32,000 nt of DNA from Kineococcus radiotolerans SRS30216 = ATCC BAA-149 (GCF_000017305.1 NC_009664.2:2070001-2102000), one strand, 5' to 3'; counted from the stretch's first letter, positions 16,650-24,398 are shown. Notes: generated by a model from the letters alone, not told the origin. Made by a program: numbers and translations.

Positions 16650-17122
16650 GGGTCGCCGTGCGCGTGGTACCCGACGCGTTCCCAGAAACCCAGGTCCTCG
16701 GTGGGGGACAGCGTGATCGAGCGGACCCGCTTCGCGGACTTCCGCAGGTACGGGTGCGGCACCAGCAACCGTGCCGGGCCGCCGTGCACGGGTTCGAGGG
16801 GTGCGTCTGGAGCCGGCGCTCAGCGCCGGACGTAGCCGGTGACGATCCACGCCCGCCCGCCCAGGAGGTCGGCGACGGGGAGGTTCGTGGTGTAGCCGCC
16901 GTAGCTGGTGACGAGGGCGTGCTGGGCGGAGGTGTCCACCCGCGCGAAGAACGCGTCCAGGGAGTAGCCCGTCCACTCCGTCCCGAGCTTCGACCACCGG
17001 GTCACGCAGTGCAGGTCGGTCCGGAACGTCTCGCGCGGCAGGCGGCGCAACCCGTTCCAGTCCCAGTGGTGGGAGCTCCCCGACTCGTCGGTGACGGTGA
17101 ACCGCCACTCGTCGGGGTCCAC
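16622..17122 (-). pseudogene. Sulfite-oxidase-like molybdopterin oxidoreductase (YedY/MsrP-type domain) interrupted by an in-frame TGA
   Basis: One reading frame gives ...DLHCVTRWSKLGTEWTGYSLD...GGYTTNLPVADLLGGRAWIVTGYVRR*APAPDAPLEPVHGGPARLLVPHPYLRKSAKRVRSITLSPTEDLGFWERVGYHAHGDPWREQRYSL*. Stop at 16820-16822. The N-terminal PPGQ...FPVL region also looks shortened, with no clean start before 17122. Confidence 0.65.
16813..16829. repeat. Perfect 7-3-7 palindrome CCGGCGC-TCA-GCGCCGG whose centre is the interrupting stop codon
   Basis: Read directly. Arms at 16813-16819 and 16823-16829. The centre 16820-16822 is TGA on the coding (minus) strand. Confidence 0.9.
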
Positions 17123-17204
17123 GCGCGGGGTCGGCCGGTGAAACCGCGGGTCACCCGGGGGACCTCGGGCTCGTCGAACTCCCCGCCGGGGGTCACGGGA
17201 GGGT

Positions 17205-17984
17205 TCACGGCAGGATCGCGTCGACGTAGCCGCCGTCGACCCGCACGGCGGCCCCCGTGGTGGCGGAGGCCAGCGGCGAGGCGAGGTAGCAGACCATGTT
17301 CGCGATCTCCTCGGGTTCGATGAGCCGCTGCAGCAGGGACTGCGGGCGGAACTCCGCCATGAACCGCCGCTGCGCCTCCTCCCACGGCAGGTCCCCGGGG
17401 ACGAGCTCGCGGACGAAGTCCTCCACGCCGCCGGTGCGCGTGGGTCCGGCGAGGACGCTGTTCACCGTGACCCCCGTGCCCGCGGCGGCCTTGGCGAAAC
17501 CGCGGTGCACGCCGAGCAGCGCGGTCTTGGTGACCCCGTAGTGGATCATCTCGGCCGGGGTGACGACCGCGGAGTCGCTGGAGACGTAGAGGACCCGGCC
17601 CCACCCGTTCGCGGTCATCGCGGGCAGGTGGTGGCGGGTGAGGCGGACCGCGGTGAGGACGTTGGTGTCGAAGTAGCGGCGCCACTCGTCGTCGCTGATG
17701 GCCAGCGGGTCGGCGGAGCCGAAGATCCCCAGGTTGTTGACGAGGACGTCCACGGCCGGGACGGCCTCGATCAGCGCGGCGTGGCCGGCGTCGGTGGTGA
17801 GGTCGCCGGCCACCCAGGTCACCTCGCCGGGCAGCCCGGCGGCGGCCTCCTCCAGGCGCCCGGCGTCGCGGCCGGTGAGGACGACGCGGGCCCCGGCCCC
17901 GGCGAGACCGGCGGCGACGGCGAGGCCGATGCCCTGGCTGGAGCCGGTGACCAGGGCCGACTTCCCCGTGAGGTCGATGCGCAC
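17205..17984 (-). CDS. Short-chain dehydrogenase/reductase (SDR)
   Basis: 259 aa from GTG 17984 (VRIDLTGKSALVTGSSQGIG = TGxxxGxG). NNLG, catalytic YGVTKTA (YxxxK). The longer track ORF (to 18122) would overlap the divergent HAD gene start, so it was rejected. Confidence 0.88.
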   Translation of the reverse strand: MRIDLTGKSALVTGSSQGIGLAVAAGLAGAGARVVLTGRDAGRLEEAAAGLPGEVTWVAGDLTTDAGHAALIEAVPAVDVLVNNLGIFGSADPLAISDDEWRRYFDTNVLTAVRLTRHHLPAMTANGWGRVLYVSSDSAVVTPAEMIHYGVTKTALLGVHRGFAKAAAGTGVTVNSVLAGPTRTGGVEDFVRELVPGDLPWEEAQRRFMAEFRPQSLLQRLIEPEEIANMVCYLASPLASATTGAAVRVDGGYVDAILP

Positions 17985-18072
17985 GGTGCCCTGTCTACCG
18001 CCCGCGGGACCCCCCGACCAGCGGGTCCCGTCCCGGTGCGTGGGGGACTCCCGTCCGGGGTAGGCCCACCCC

Positions 18073-18735
18073 ATGGCCGACACCGCGATCTTCGACGTCG
18101 ACGGCACCCTCGTCGACACCAACTACCAGCACGCCCTGGCCTGGTTCCGGGCCTTCCGCCGCTTCGGCATCACCCTGCCGCTGTGGCGCCTGCACCGCGG
18201 GATCGGCATGGGTGGGGACGTCTTCGTCCCCACCGTCGGGGGGCAGGACGTGGAGGAGGCCCACGGCGACGACCTGCGCACGGCGTGGACGGAGGAGTTC
18301 GACCGGCTCATCGGCGAGGTCCAGCCCCTGGAGGGCGCGCACGAGCTGCTGCGGGCGGTGAAGGACCGCGGCTTCCGCCTCGTCCTGGCCAGCTCCGGGT
18401 CGGGCAAGCACGTCGACGTCTTCCTCGACCTCGTCGACGGGAAGGGGCTCGCCGACGCCTGGACGACGTCCGAGGACGCCGAGACGAGCAAACCCGCCCC
18501 GGACCTGGTGGCGGTGGCGCTGGAGAAGGTGGGCGGCACCTCGGGGGTGATGGTGGGCGACTCCGTCTACGACGTCGAGTCCGCCGGGAAGCTCGACGTG
18601 CCGACGCTGGCCCTGCGCACGGGCGGGTTCGGCGTCGAGGAGCTGCGCGCGGCCGGGGCGGTGGGCGTCTTCGACTCCCTCGTCGACCTGCGCGAGCACC
18701 TCGACGAGACCCCGCTGGCCCGCCCCGGGTCCTGA
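18073..18735 (+). CDS. HAD-superfamily hydrolase (subfamily IA phosphatase-like)
   Basis: 220 aa. Motif I FDVDGTLVDT, motif II LASSG, motif III K...GDSVYD. Confidence 0.88.
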   Translation: MADTAIFDVDGTLVDTNYQHALAWFRAFRRFGITLPLWRLHRGIGMGGDVFVPTVGGQDVEEAHGDDLRTAWTEEFDRLIGEVQPLEGAHELLRAVKDRGFRLVLASSGSGKHVDVFLDLVDGKGLADAWTTSEDAETSKPAPDLVAVALEKVGGTSGVMVGDSVYDVESAGKLDVPTLALRTGGFGVEELRAAGAVGVFDSLVDLREHLDETPLARPGS

Positions 18736-18742
18736 CGCGGGC

Positions 18743-18766
18743 GGCGGGCCCCGACCGGGGCCCGCC
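18743..18766. terminator. Bidirectional GC hairpin between convergent genes
   Basis: GGCGGGCCCC-gacc-GGGGCCCGCC, a 10-11 bp perfect stem, between the stops at 18735 (+) and 18775 (-). Confidence 0.5.
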
Positions 18767-18774
18767 GTGGCGGG

Positions 18775-20598
18775 TCAGTCCTCGGGGTGCATCCGCAGCG
18801 CCAGCAGGGCCACGTCGTCCTCGGGCCGTTCGGGCAGCATCCGGTCCAGCACCTCGTCGCACAGGGTGCCGAGGTCGAGGTCGCGCGCGGCGAGCTCCTC
18901 GAGGACGTCGCGCAGGCGGGCGAGCCCGTCGTCCAGCCCCTCCCCGCGGCGCTCGACGAGCCCGTCGGTGTGCAGGAGGACGGTGGAGCCGGCCTCCAGC
19001 ACGACGACGCTCTCGGTGCGGGGCGCGTCGGGCACCACCCCGAGGAGCAGCTCGGACGCGGCGCCCTGGAGGGCCGTCGCGGTGCCGCCGGGGGTGAGGA
19101 CGACGGGCGGCGGGTGCCCGGCGTTGGACCACACCAGCCGGCGGACCCCCCGGCGGGCCTCCTCGGGGGTCTGCTCCACGCGGGCCACGACGGCGGTGGC
19201 GGTGGTGCCCACCTCCAGGGCGACCACGGCCCGGTCGACCCCGGTGAGCACGGCGGCGGGCCCGGCGTCGGTGGCCACGGCGATCCCCCGCAGCAGCGAG
19301 CGGATCTGGGCCATGGCCGCCGCCGCGTCGGTGTCGTGGCCCAGGACGTCGCCGATGGTGAGGATCGTCGTGCCGCACGGCTGAACGAAGGCGTCGTACC
19401 AGTCCCCGCCGACGCGGGCGGTCTCCGCGGCCGGGGTGTAGCGCACCGCGACCTCGAGGTGGTCCGGCTGGGCGGGCTCGGTGAGCAGCGAGCGCTGGAG
19501 GGCCTCGGCGAGCTCGCGCTGCTGCCGGTACAGGCGGGCGTTGTCGAGGGCGAGCCCCGCCCGCCCGGCGATGTCGGTCGCGGTGGCGGTCTCCTCCGCG
19601 GTGATGGGGCTGCGGGCGGCGCCGTTGGCGAGCATGAGCACGCCGAGGGTCCGCCCGCGGGCGCGCAGCGGGAGGGTGAGCAGGGACTCGGGGGCGAGCT
19701 CGGTGACGAGGTCGCGGGCCCGGCCGGGCTCCAGCACGGAGGTCAGGTACTCCAGGGCCCGCGACGCCTGGACCTGCGGCCGGCCGGTGGAGAGGGCCTG
19801 GTCCAGCAGGGACCCCGCGCGCAGCACGCCCAGGCGGGTGGCGGCGTACTCGGCCACGACCGGGCGCAGGGCCTCGTCGGCGTGCCAGCTGCCGACGTCG
19901 CGCAGGGCGCGCGCCGCCCCCGGCCGCCCCTCGGTGACCAGGCTGACGATGCACCAGTCCGCGAGCTGCGGGACGACGAGCTGGGCCAGGCGGCCCACGG
20001 CCTCCTCGCCGTCGAGGGTGCTGGTCAGCTCGGCGGTCACCCCGGCCAGCAGCTCGGCGCGGGCGGTGGCGCGCCCGAGGTGGGCGACGAGCTGCTCCAG
20101 CTCGCGGGTGCGGGAGAACAGGTCGTGCTCGACGCGCTCGGCGCGCTCGCGCAGGCGGTCGTTCAGCTCGGCGGAGACCCGCGCGGCCTCGCGGGCCTGG
20201 ACGTAGCCGGTGATGTCGTCGGAGCGGTGCAGCAGCAGCACGACCTCGCCGCGCTCGTCCAGGATCGGGACGTTGCGCGGGCTCCAGAACCGCTCCTCGT
20301 AGCTGCCGTCGGGCATCGGGATGTCGTACTTCTGGATGGCCATCGTCTGCGGCCGGCGGGTGTCGCGGGTCAGGGCGAGGGAGTCGCGGAGGTTGACCAG
20401 CCCGTCGGCGGCCGGGTCGTCGGGGTTCATCGGGAACACCTCGAACAACCCGCGGCCGACGGTGGCCTCCAGCGTGGTGGCAGTGGCCTCCAGCCGGGCC
20501 CGGTTGGCGTGCACGATGACGAAGTCGGGGGTGAGCAGGAGCAGCGGGACCGGGGTCTCGTCGAAGACCCGGGCGAAGTCGGGTTTGGGCAGGGCCAT
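18775..20598 (-). CDS. PAS-GAF-PP2C (SpoIIE-type) cytoplasmic serine phosphatase
   Basis: 607 aa, ATG start. N-terminal PAS (LLLLTPDFVIVHANRA...FWSPRNVPILDERGEVVLLLHRSDDIT), coiled-coil linker, GAF (ADWCIVSLV...GVLMLAN). PP2C blocks GGDWYD, LTIGDVLGHD, HTDGLVE, DDVALL. Confidence 0.9.
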   Translation of the reverse strand: MALPKPDFARVFDETPVPLLLLTPDFVIVHANRARLEATATTLEATVGRGLFEVFPMNPDDPAADGLVNLRDSLALTRDTRRPQTMAIQKYDIPMPDGSYEERFWSPRNVPILDERGEVVLLLHRSDDITGYVQAREAARVSAELNDRLRERAERVEHDLFSRTRELEQLVAHLGRATARAELLAGVTAELTSTLDGEEAVGRLAQLVVPQLADWCIVSLVTEGRPGAARALRDVGSWHADEALRPVVAEYAATRLGVLRAGSLLDQALSTGRPQVQASRALEYLTSVLEPGRARDLVTELAPESLLTLPLRARGRTLGVLMLANGAARSPITAEETATATDIAGRAGLALDNARLYRQQRELAEALQRSLLTEPAQPDHLEVAVRYTPAAETARVGGDWYDAFVQPCGTTILTIGDVLGHDTDAAAAMAQIRSLLRGIAVATDAGPAAVLTGVDRAVVALEVGTTATAVVARVEQTPEEARRGVRRLVWSNAGHPPPVVLTPGGTATALQGAASELLLGVVPDAPRTESVVVLEAGSTVLLHTDGLVERRGEGLDDGLARLRDVLEELAARDLDLGTLCDEVLDRMLPERPEDDVALLALRMHPED

Positions 20599-20667
20599 CG
20601 ACCGGCGCGCTCCCCTCGTCAGCGACGCCTCCGGGCCGGGCGTCCTCGCCGGACGACCCTACGGCGG

Positions 20668-20697
20668 GCGGCGGCCGCGCGCTCGCGCGGCCGCCGC
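20668..20697 (-). terminator. Stem-loop downstream of rpmG
   Basis: Perfect 13-bp stem GCGGCGGCCGCGC / GCGCGGCCGCCGC with a 4-nt loop, 11 nt after the rpmG stop. No U-tract. Confidence 0.5.
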
Positions 20698-20708
20698 GCC
20701 GGGTGTCG

Positions 20709-20876
20709 TCAGCGGTGCTCGCGGAACTCGACGTGCTCGCGCACGACGGGGTCGTACTTGCGCACGACCAGCCGGTCGGGGTCGTTGCGGCGGTTCTTGC
20801 GGGTCACGTAGGTGAACCCCGTGCCGGCCGTGGACCTGAGCTGGACCACCGGGCGGACGTCGGCGGACTTGGCCAT
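20709..20876 (-). CDS. rpmG: 50S ribosomal protein L33, cysteine-less (C-minus, zinc-independent type) paralogue
   Basis: 55 aa, [56 protein letters not shown]33 core [10 protein letters not shown]. Both CxxC zinc-ribbon pairs are replaced (no Cys at all). ATG 6 nt after GAAGGAG. The track ORF extension to 21110 was rejected. Confidence 0.93.
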
Positions 20877-20911
20877 CGACTGCTCCTTCGTGTTCGTGGG
20901 ACAGCACGTCC

Positions 20912-20937
20912 AACCTGCTGCGACCGACAACCATTCC
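20912..20937 (-). promoter_or_regulatory. SigR/SigH-type ECF promoter GGAAT-N18-GTT upstream of rpmG
   Basis: The minus strand reads gGGAAT ggttgtcggtcgcagcag GTTg. GGAAT at 20937-20933, an exact 18-nt spacer, GTT at 20914-20912. The predicted TSS is about 30 nt upstream of the ATG at 20876. Confidence 0.5.
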
Positions 20938-20942
20938 CACCG
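20923..20942. promoter_or_regulatory. Second copy of the 20-nt motif (ACCGACAACCATTCCCACCG)
   Basis: 17/20 identical to 7481-7500, same orientation on the + strand. Overlaps the -35 element of the putative rpmG promoter. Lies in the divergent rpmG/desaturase intergenic region. Confidence 0.45.
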
Positions 20943-21051
20943 GGTCCCGCCCGGGCACCCCGGCGTGCGCGGGCCCCGGCGGCGTGGTTCTCTGACCGGA
21001 GAGAGTGATGTGGTGCCCTGGACCCGGTGGCACGTCGCGACGCAGGACGCG

Positions 21052-22179
21052 ATGAACGGACACACCGTGGAAACCCACCTCACCCGGTCCCCCGAGACCG
21101 GAACCCTCACCCCCGCCGGGGCCGAGCCCCGCCCCGCCGCCCGCCCGCAGGGCGCGAAGCTCTACCAGGCCCTCGCCCAGCAGGTGCGCGAGCGCGGGCT
21201 GATGCGGCGCCGTCCCGGCTGGTACGTCCTGCGGGCCGCCGCGCTCCTCGCCGTCCTCGGCGCCGTCGCCGTCGCGTCCTGGAACCTCGGCGACACGTGG
21301 TGGCAGCTGCTGCTCGCCCCCGTGGTGGCCGTCGTCGTCAGCCAGGTCGCCTTCCTCGGCCACGACGCCGCCCACCAGCAGGTCTTCGGCAGCCCCCGCG
21401 CCAACGAGGTCGCCGCCCGCGGCCTGGCCTCGGGGTGGGCGGGCCTGAGCTACGGCTGGTGGCTGGGCAAGCACGGCGTGCACCACAGCGCCCCGAACCA
21501 GCGCGGGCGCGACACCGACATCGAGTCCAAGGCGCTGGCCTTCTACCCCGAGGCCGTCGAGGGGAAGAGCCGGCTGCACGCGTGGCTGCTGCGCCGCCAG
21601 GGCTTCCTGTTCTTCCCGCTGCTGCTGCTCGAGGGCCTCAACCTGCACGTCGACAGCGCGCGGAACCTGACCTCCCGCGCTCCCCGCCCCCGCCGGGCGG
21701 TCGACATCTCGCTCGTCGTGGTCCGCTGGGCGCTCTACCTGGCCTTCGCGGGCGCGGTCATGTCCCCGTTGAAGGTCCTGGCCTTCGTGGCCGTCGACCT
21801 CGCCTGCTTCGGGGTGCTGCTCGGGGGGGCGTTCGCGCCCAACCACACCGGCATGCCGATCCTGGCCCGCGGCGCGAAGCTCGACTTCCTGCACCGCCAG
21901 GTCACGTCCTCGCGCAACGTCAGCGGCGGCTGGTGGGTCGACCTCGTCATGGGCGGGCTGAACCACCAGGTGGAGCACCACCTGTTCCCGAGCATGCCCC
22001 GGCCCACCCTGCGGAAGGTGCGCCCGATCGTGCGGGACTTCTGCGCCGGTCACGGCATCCCCTACACCGAGACGTCCTTCGTCGGCGCGTTCCGCGCCGT
22101 CGTGGTGCACCTGAACACCGTGGGCCTGGCCGGGCGCCGGGACAACTCCTGCCCCCTCGCGGCCCAGCTGCGCAGCTGA
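21052..22179 (+). CDS. Membrane fatty-acid (acyl-CoA/acyl-lipid) desaturase
   Basis: 375 aa from ATG 21052. An in-frame GTG at 21010, preceded by GGAGAGAG, is an equally good start. Three His boxes (HDAAH, HGVHH, HQVEHH) with four hydrophobic helices between them. Confidence 0.9.
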
Positions 22180-22201
22180 CCCCCGCCGGGTCTGGTGGGG
22201 G
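22180..22201 (+). terminator. Weak hairpin immediately after the desaturase stop
   Basis: CCCCCGCC-gggtct-GGTGGGGG, 8 bp including one G-U pair, hexaloop, 18 nt before the next ATG. Could be a partial or regulated terminator. Low confidence. Confidence 0.25.
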
Positions 22202-22219
22202 TGGCCCGCCCGTGGTCGG

Positions 22220-23044
22220 ATGGGGGTCCTGCCCTCCCGCGCCGGGGCCCTGCGGCTCGACCACGACCGACGCCCGGAGGTGGACCACGTGGACGCAGAG
22301 GCACGGGTCCGCGTCATCCTGGCCGACCTGGTGCGGGACGGGACGACCGCGGCGGACCTGCCCCGCCGGCTGGTGGAGCGGTGCGGGCGCGTGCTGCCCG
22401 TCTCCGGGGCCGGTCTGGCCCTGATGGACGACACCGACCACCCCGCCGGTCTCGTGGCGGCCTCCGACGGCGTGGCCGTGGCGTTGGAGGACCTGCAGTT
22501 CACCCTCGGGGAGGGGCCGTGCGTGGACGCCTCGCGCACGGGCCGGCCCGTGCTCGTCCCCGACCTCGCCGCCGCCGACCCCTACCTGGGGGCCGCCGGG
22601 CGCTGGCCCGCGTTCACCCGCGAGGCGCTGGCCGCGGGCGCCGCCGCGGTGTTCACGTTCCCCCTGCGCATCGGCGCGATCCGCCTGGGGGTCCTCGACC
22701 TCTACCGCGAGCGCCCCGGGGGGCTGGACGAGGCCGAGGTGGCCGAGGCCCTGGACCTCGCCTCGACCGCGACCACCGTGCTGCTGCACGCCCAGGCCCG
22801 GCGGGGTCCCGACGCCGGCCCCGGGCGGCTGGAACCGTGGAGCCTCCCGCTGGCCCACGACCGCGCCGTCGTGCACCAGGCCACCGGGGTGGTGAGCGTG
22901 ACCGCCGGGACCGGCCTGGGCGAGGCCCTGCTGCTGCTGCGGGCCCGCGCCTACACCGAGCAGCGCCCCCTCGACGAGGTCGCCGCTGACGTGGTCGCCG
23001 GGCGCGTGCGCCTGGGACCGGGCGCCGCGGGGGAGGCGACGTGA
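22220..23044 (+). CDS. GAF-ANTAR RNA-binding regulator (paralogue 1)
   Basis: 274 aa from ATG 22220. An alternative GTG at 22289 has GGAGG 8 nt upstream. GAF region (GAGLALMDD...FTLGEGPCVDA...GVLDLYR). C-terminal ANTAR helices (HDRAVVHQATGVVSV...EALLLLRARAYTEQRPLDEVAADVV). Confidence 0.87.
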   Translation: MGVLPSRAGALRLDHDRRPEVDHVDAEARVRVILADLVRDGTTAADLPRRLVERCGRVLPVSGAGLALMDDTDHPAGLVAASDGVAVALEDLQFTLGEGPCVDASRTGRPVLVPDLAAADPYLGAAGRWPAFTREALAAGAAAVFTFPLRIGAIRLGVLDLYRERPGGLDEAEVAEALDLASTATTVLLHAQARRGPDAGPGRLEPWSLPLAHDRAVVHQATGVVSVTAGTGLGEALLLLRARAYTEQRPLDEVAADVVAGRVRLGPGAAGEAT

Positions 23045-23107
23045 GGTCCGGGGTGTGGGCGGGCGGCGCGACGAGTAGACAGGAGCAGGACGTGGAGGGG
23101 GAACCCC

Positions 23108-23821
23108 GTGAGTGAGCAGCGCATCGCCGAGGTCTTCGTCGAGCTGGCCGACACCCTGGTCGCCGACTTCGACGTCGTCGACTTCCTGCACGTCCTCAGC
23201 GACCGCTGCGTCGAGCTGCTGGACGTCGACGCCTCGGGGCTGATGCTCTCCGACGAGCGGGGCCGGCTGCAGCTGGTCGCCGGCACCTCCCGGGCGACGC
23301 GCGACCTGGAGCTGTTCGAGCTGGAGGTCGACGAGGGTCCCTGCGTGGAGACCTTCGCGACGGGGAAGGCGATCCTGAACGTCGAGGTCGCCGCCGCCGG
23401 CGAGCGCTGGCCCCGGTTCTGCCGGGCGGCCGCCGAGGCCGGGGTGCGGCACACCTCCGCCCTGCCGATGCGGTTGCGCGGGCGGGTCATCGGCGCGCTG
23501 AACCTCTTCTCCCCCACGCCCATCAGCGCCACCGGTCTCGCGCTGGGCCAGGCGATGGCCGACGTCGCGACCATCGGCCTGATCAACGAGCGGTCGCTGC
23601 GGGAGAAGACCGTGCTCTCGGAGCAGCTGCAGGGCGCCTTGCAGAGCCGCATCGTCATCGAGCAGGCCAAGGGCGTGCTCGCGGCCCGGGCGGGGACCGG
23701 CGTGGCGGAGGCCTTCACCCGGATGCGGGACCACGCCCGGCGCAGCGGGACCTCCCTCACGGCGGTGGCCACGGCCGTCGTCACCGGGGCGCTGCGCCTG
23801 GACCTGCCCCCGGCGCCCTGA
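23108..23821 (+). CDS. GAF-ANTAR RNA-binding regulator (paralogue 2)
   Basis: 237 aa, GTG start 4 nt after GGAGGGGGAA. GAF (ASGLMLSDERG...VDEGPCVETF...GALNLFS). Canonical ANTAR (LQSRIVIEQAKGVLAAR...EAFTRMRDHARRSGTSLTAVATAVV). Confidence 0.9.
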   Translation: MSEQRIAEVFVELADTLVADFDVVDFLHVLSDRCVELLDVDASGLMLSDERGRLQLVAGTSRATRDLELFELEVDEGPCVETFATGKAILNVEVAAAGERWPRFCRAAAEAGVRHTSALPMRLRGRVIGALNLFSPTPISATGLALGQAMADVATIGLINERSLREKTVLSEQLQGALQSRIVIEQAKGVLAARAGTGVAEAFTRMRDHARRSGTSLTAVATAVVTGALRLDLPPAP

Positions 23822-23832
23822 CCGCCGGACGT

Positions 23833-23864
23833 CCCGGGGACGGCCCGCGCGGGCCGTCCCCGGG
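23833..23864. terminator. Bidirectional GC hairpin between convergent genes
   Basis: CCCGGGGACGGCCCG / CGGGCCGTCCCCGGG, a 14-15 bp perfect stem, between the stops at 23821 (+) and 23870 (-). Confidence 0.55.
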
Positions 23865-23869
23865 GGCCG

Positions 23870-24304
23870 TCAGGGGCCGACGGGGGCGGCGAGGGGGTCC
23901 GGCGCGTGCCGGGTGCGTCCCGCGTCGGTGACGACGGACAACCCTTCCCGCACCCAGTACTCGAACCCCCCGATGAGCTCGCGGACCCGGGTGTAGCCCA
24001 TCGTGGCCAGCACCAGGGCGGCCCGGGTGGAGCCGTTGCAGCCCGGCCCCCAGCAGTAGACGACGATAGGGGCGTCGAGGTCCGGAGCCACCGCCCCGAC
24101 GTCCTCCCGCAGCCGGTCCAGGGGCAGGTGCACCGCGCCGGGGAGGCGGCCCTGGGCCCACCCCTGGGCCGAGCGCACGTCGAGGACCAGCGGCGCCGCA
24201 CCGGCGGCGCGTTCGGCCGCGAGGTCGGCCGGGTCGGTCTGGTGGGTCAGCTTGGCGGCGAAGAAGTCCACGGCGGAGATCCCCGCGGGGGTCGAGGTCG
24301 GCAT
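23870..24304 (-). CDS. Rhodanese-domain sulfurtransferase
   Basis: 144 aa from ATG 24304 (ATG 24313 or 24397 possible). LVLDVRS...W..G.LPGAVHLP, active-site loop VVYCWGPGCNGS, then GY..V..L.GG...W. Confidence 0.82.
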   Translation of the reverse strand: MPTSTPAGISAVDFFAAKLTHQTDPADLAAERAAGAAPLVLDVRSAQGWAQGRLPGAVHLPLDRLREDVGAVAPDLDAPIVVYCWGPGCNGSTRAALVLATMGYTRVRELIGGFEYWVREGLSVVTDAGRTRHAPDPLAAPVGP

Positions 24305-24398
24305 GCCCACCATCGAACCCGCTCGGCGCCGGACGGGCCAGGGCACCTCCACGGCGTGTGCCCGGTCCAGCCGTCGATCCGCTGGTACTTTCGCCATC

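Noticed and set aside
16820-16822. In-frame TGA in the molybdoenzyme gene as a selenocysteine codon or programmed read-through
   Set aside because: The hairpin is centred on the codon rather than lying just downstream as a bacterial SECIS does. The position is not a catalytic Cys site in this family as far as I know. The flanking eight codons look like an insertion. The operon partner is also truncated, which favours decay.
17985-18122. Longer SDR start (TTG 18122 or ATG 18074 within the CCATGG shared with the HAD start)
   Set aside because: It would add 30-46 residues of non-SDR sequence before the TGxxxGxG loop and overlap the divergent HAD gene start. GTG 17984 gives the canonical distance to the glycine-rich loop.
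20659-23734. Two long minus-strand ORFs (20659..22539, 626 aa; 21947..23734, 595 aa)
   Set aside because: They are antisense to the desaturase and GAF-ANTAR genes and have R/G/P/A-dominated composition with no motifs. Only the last 55 codons of the frame ending at 20709 (track ORF 20709..21110), which are L33, are real.
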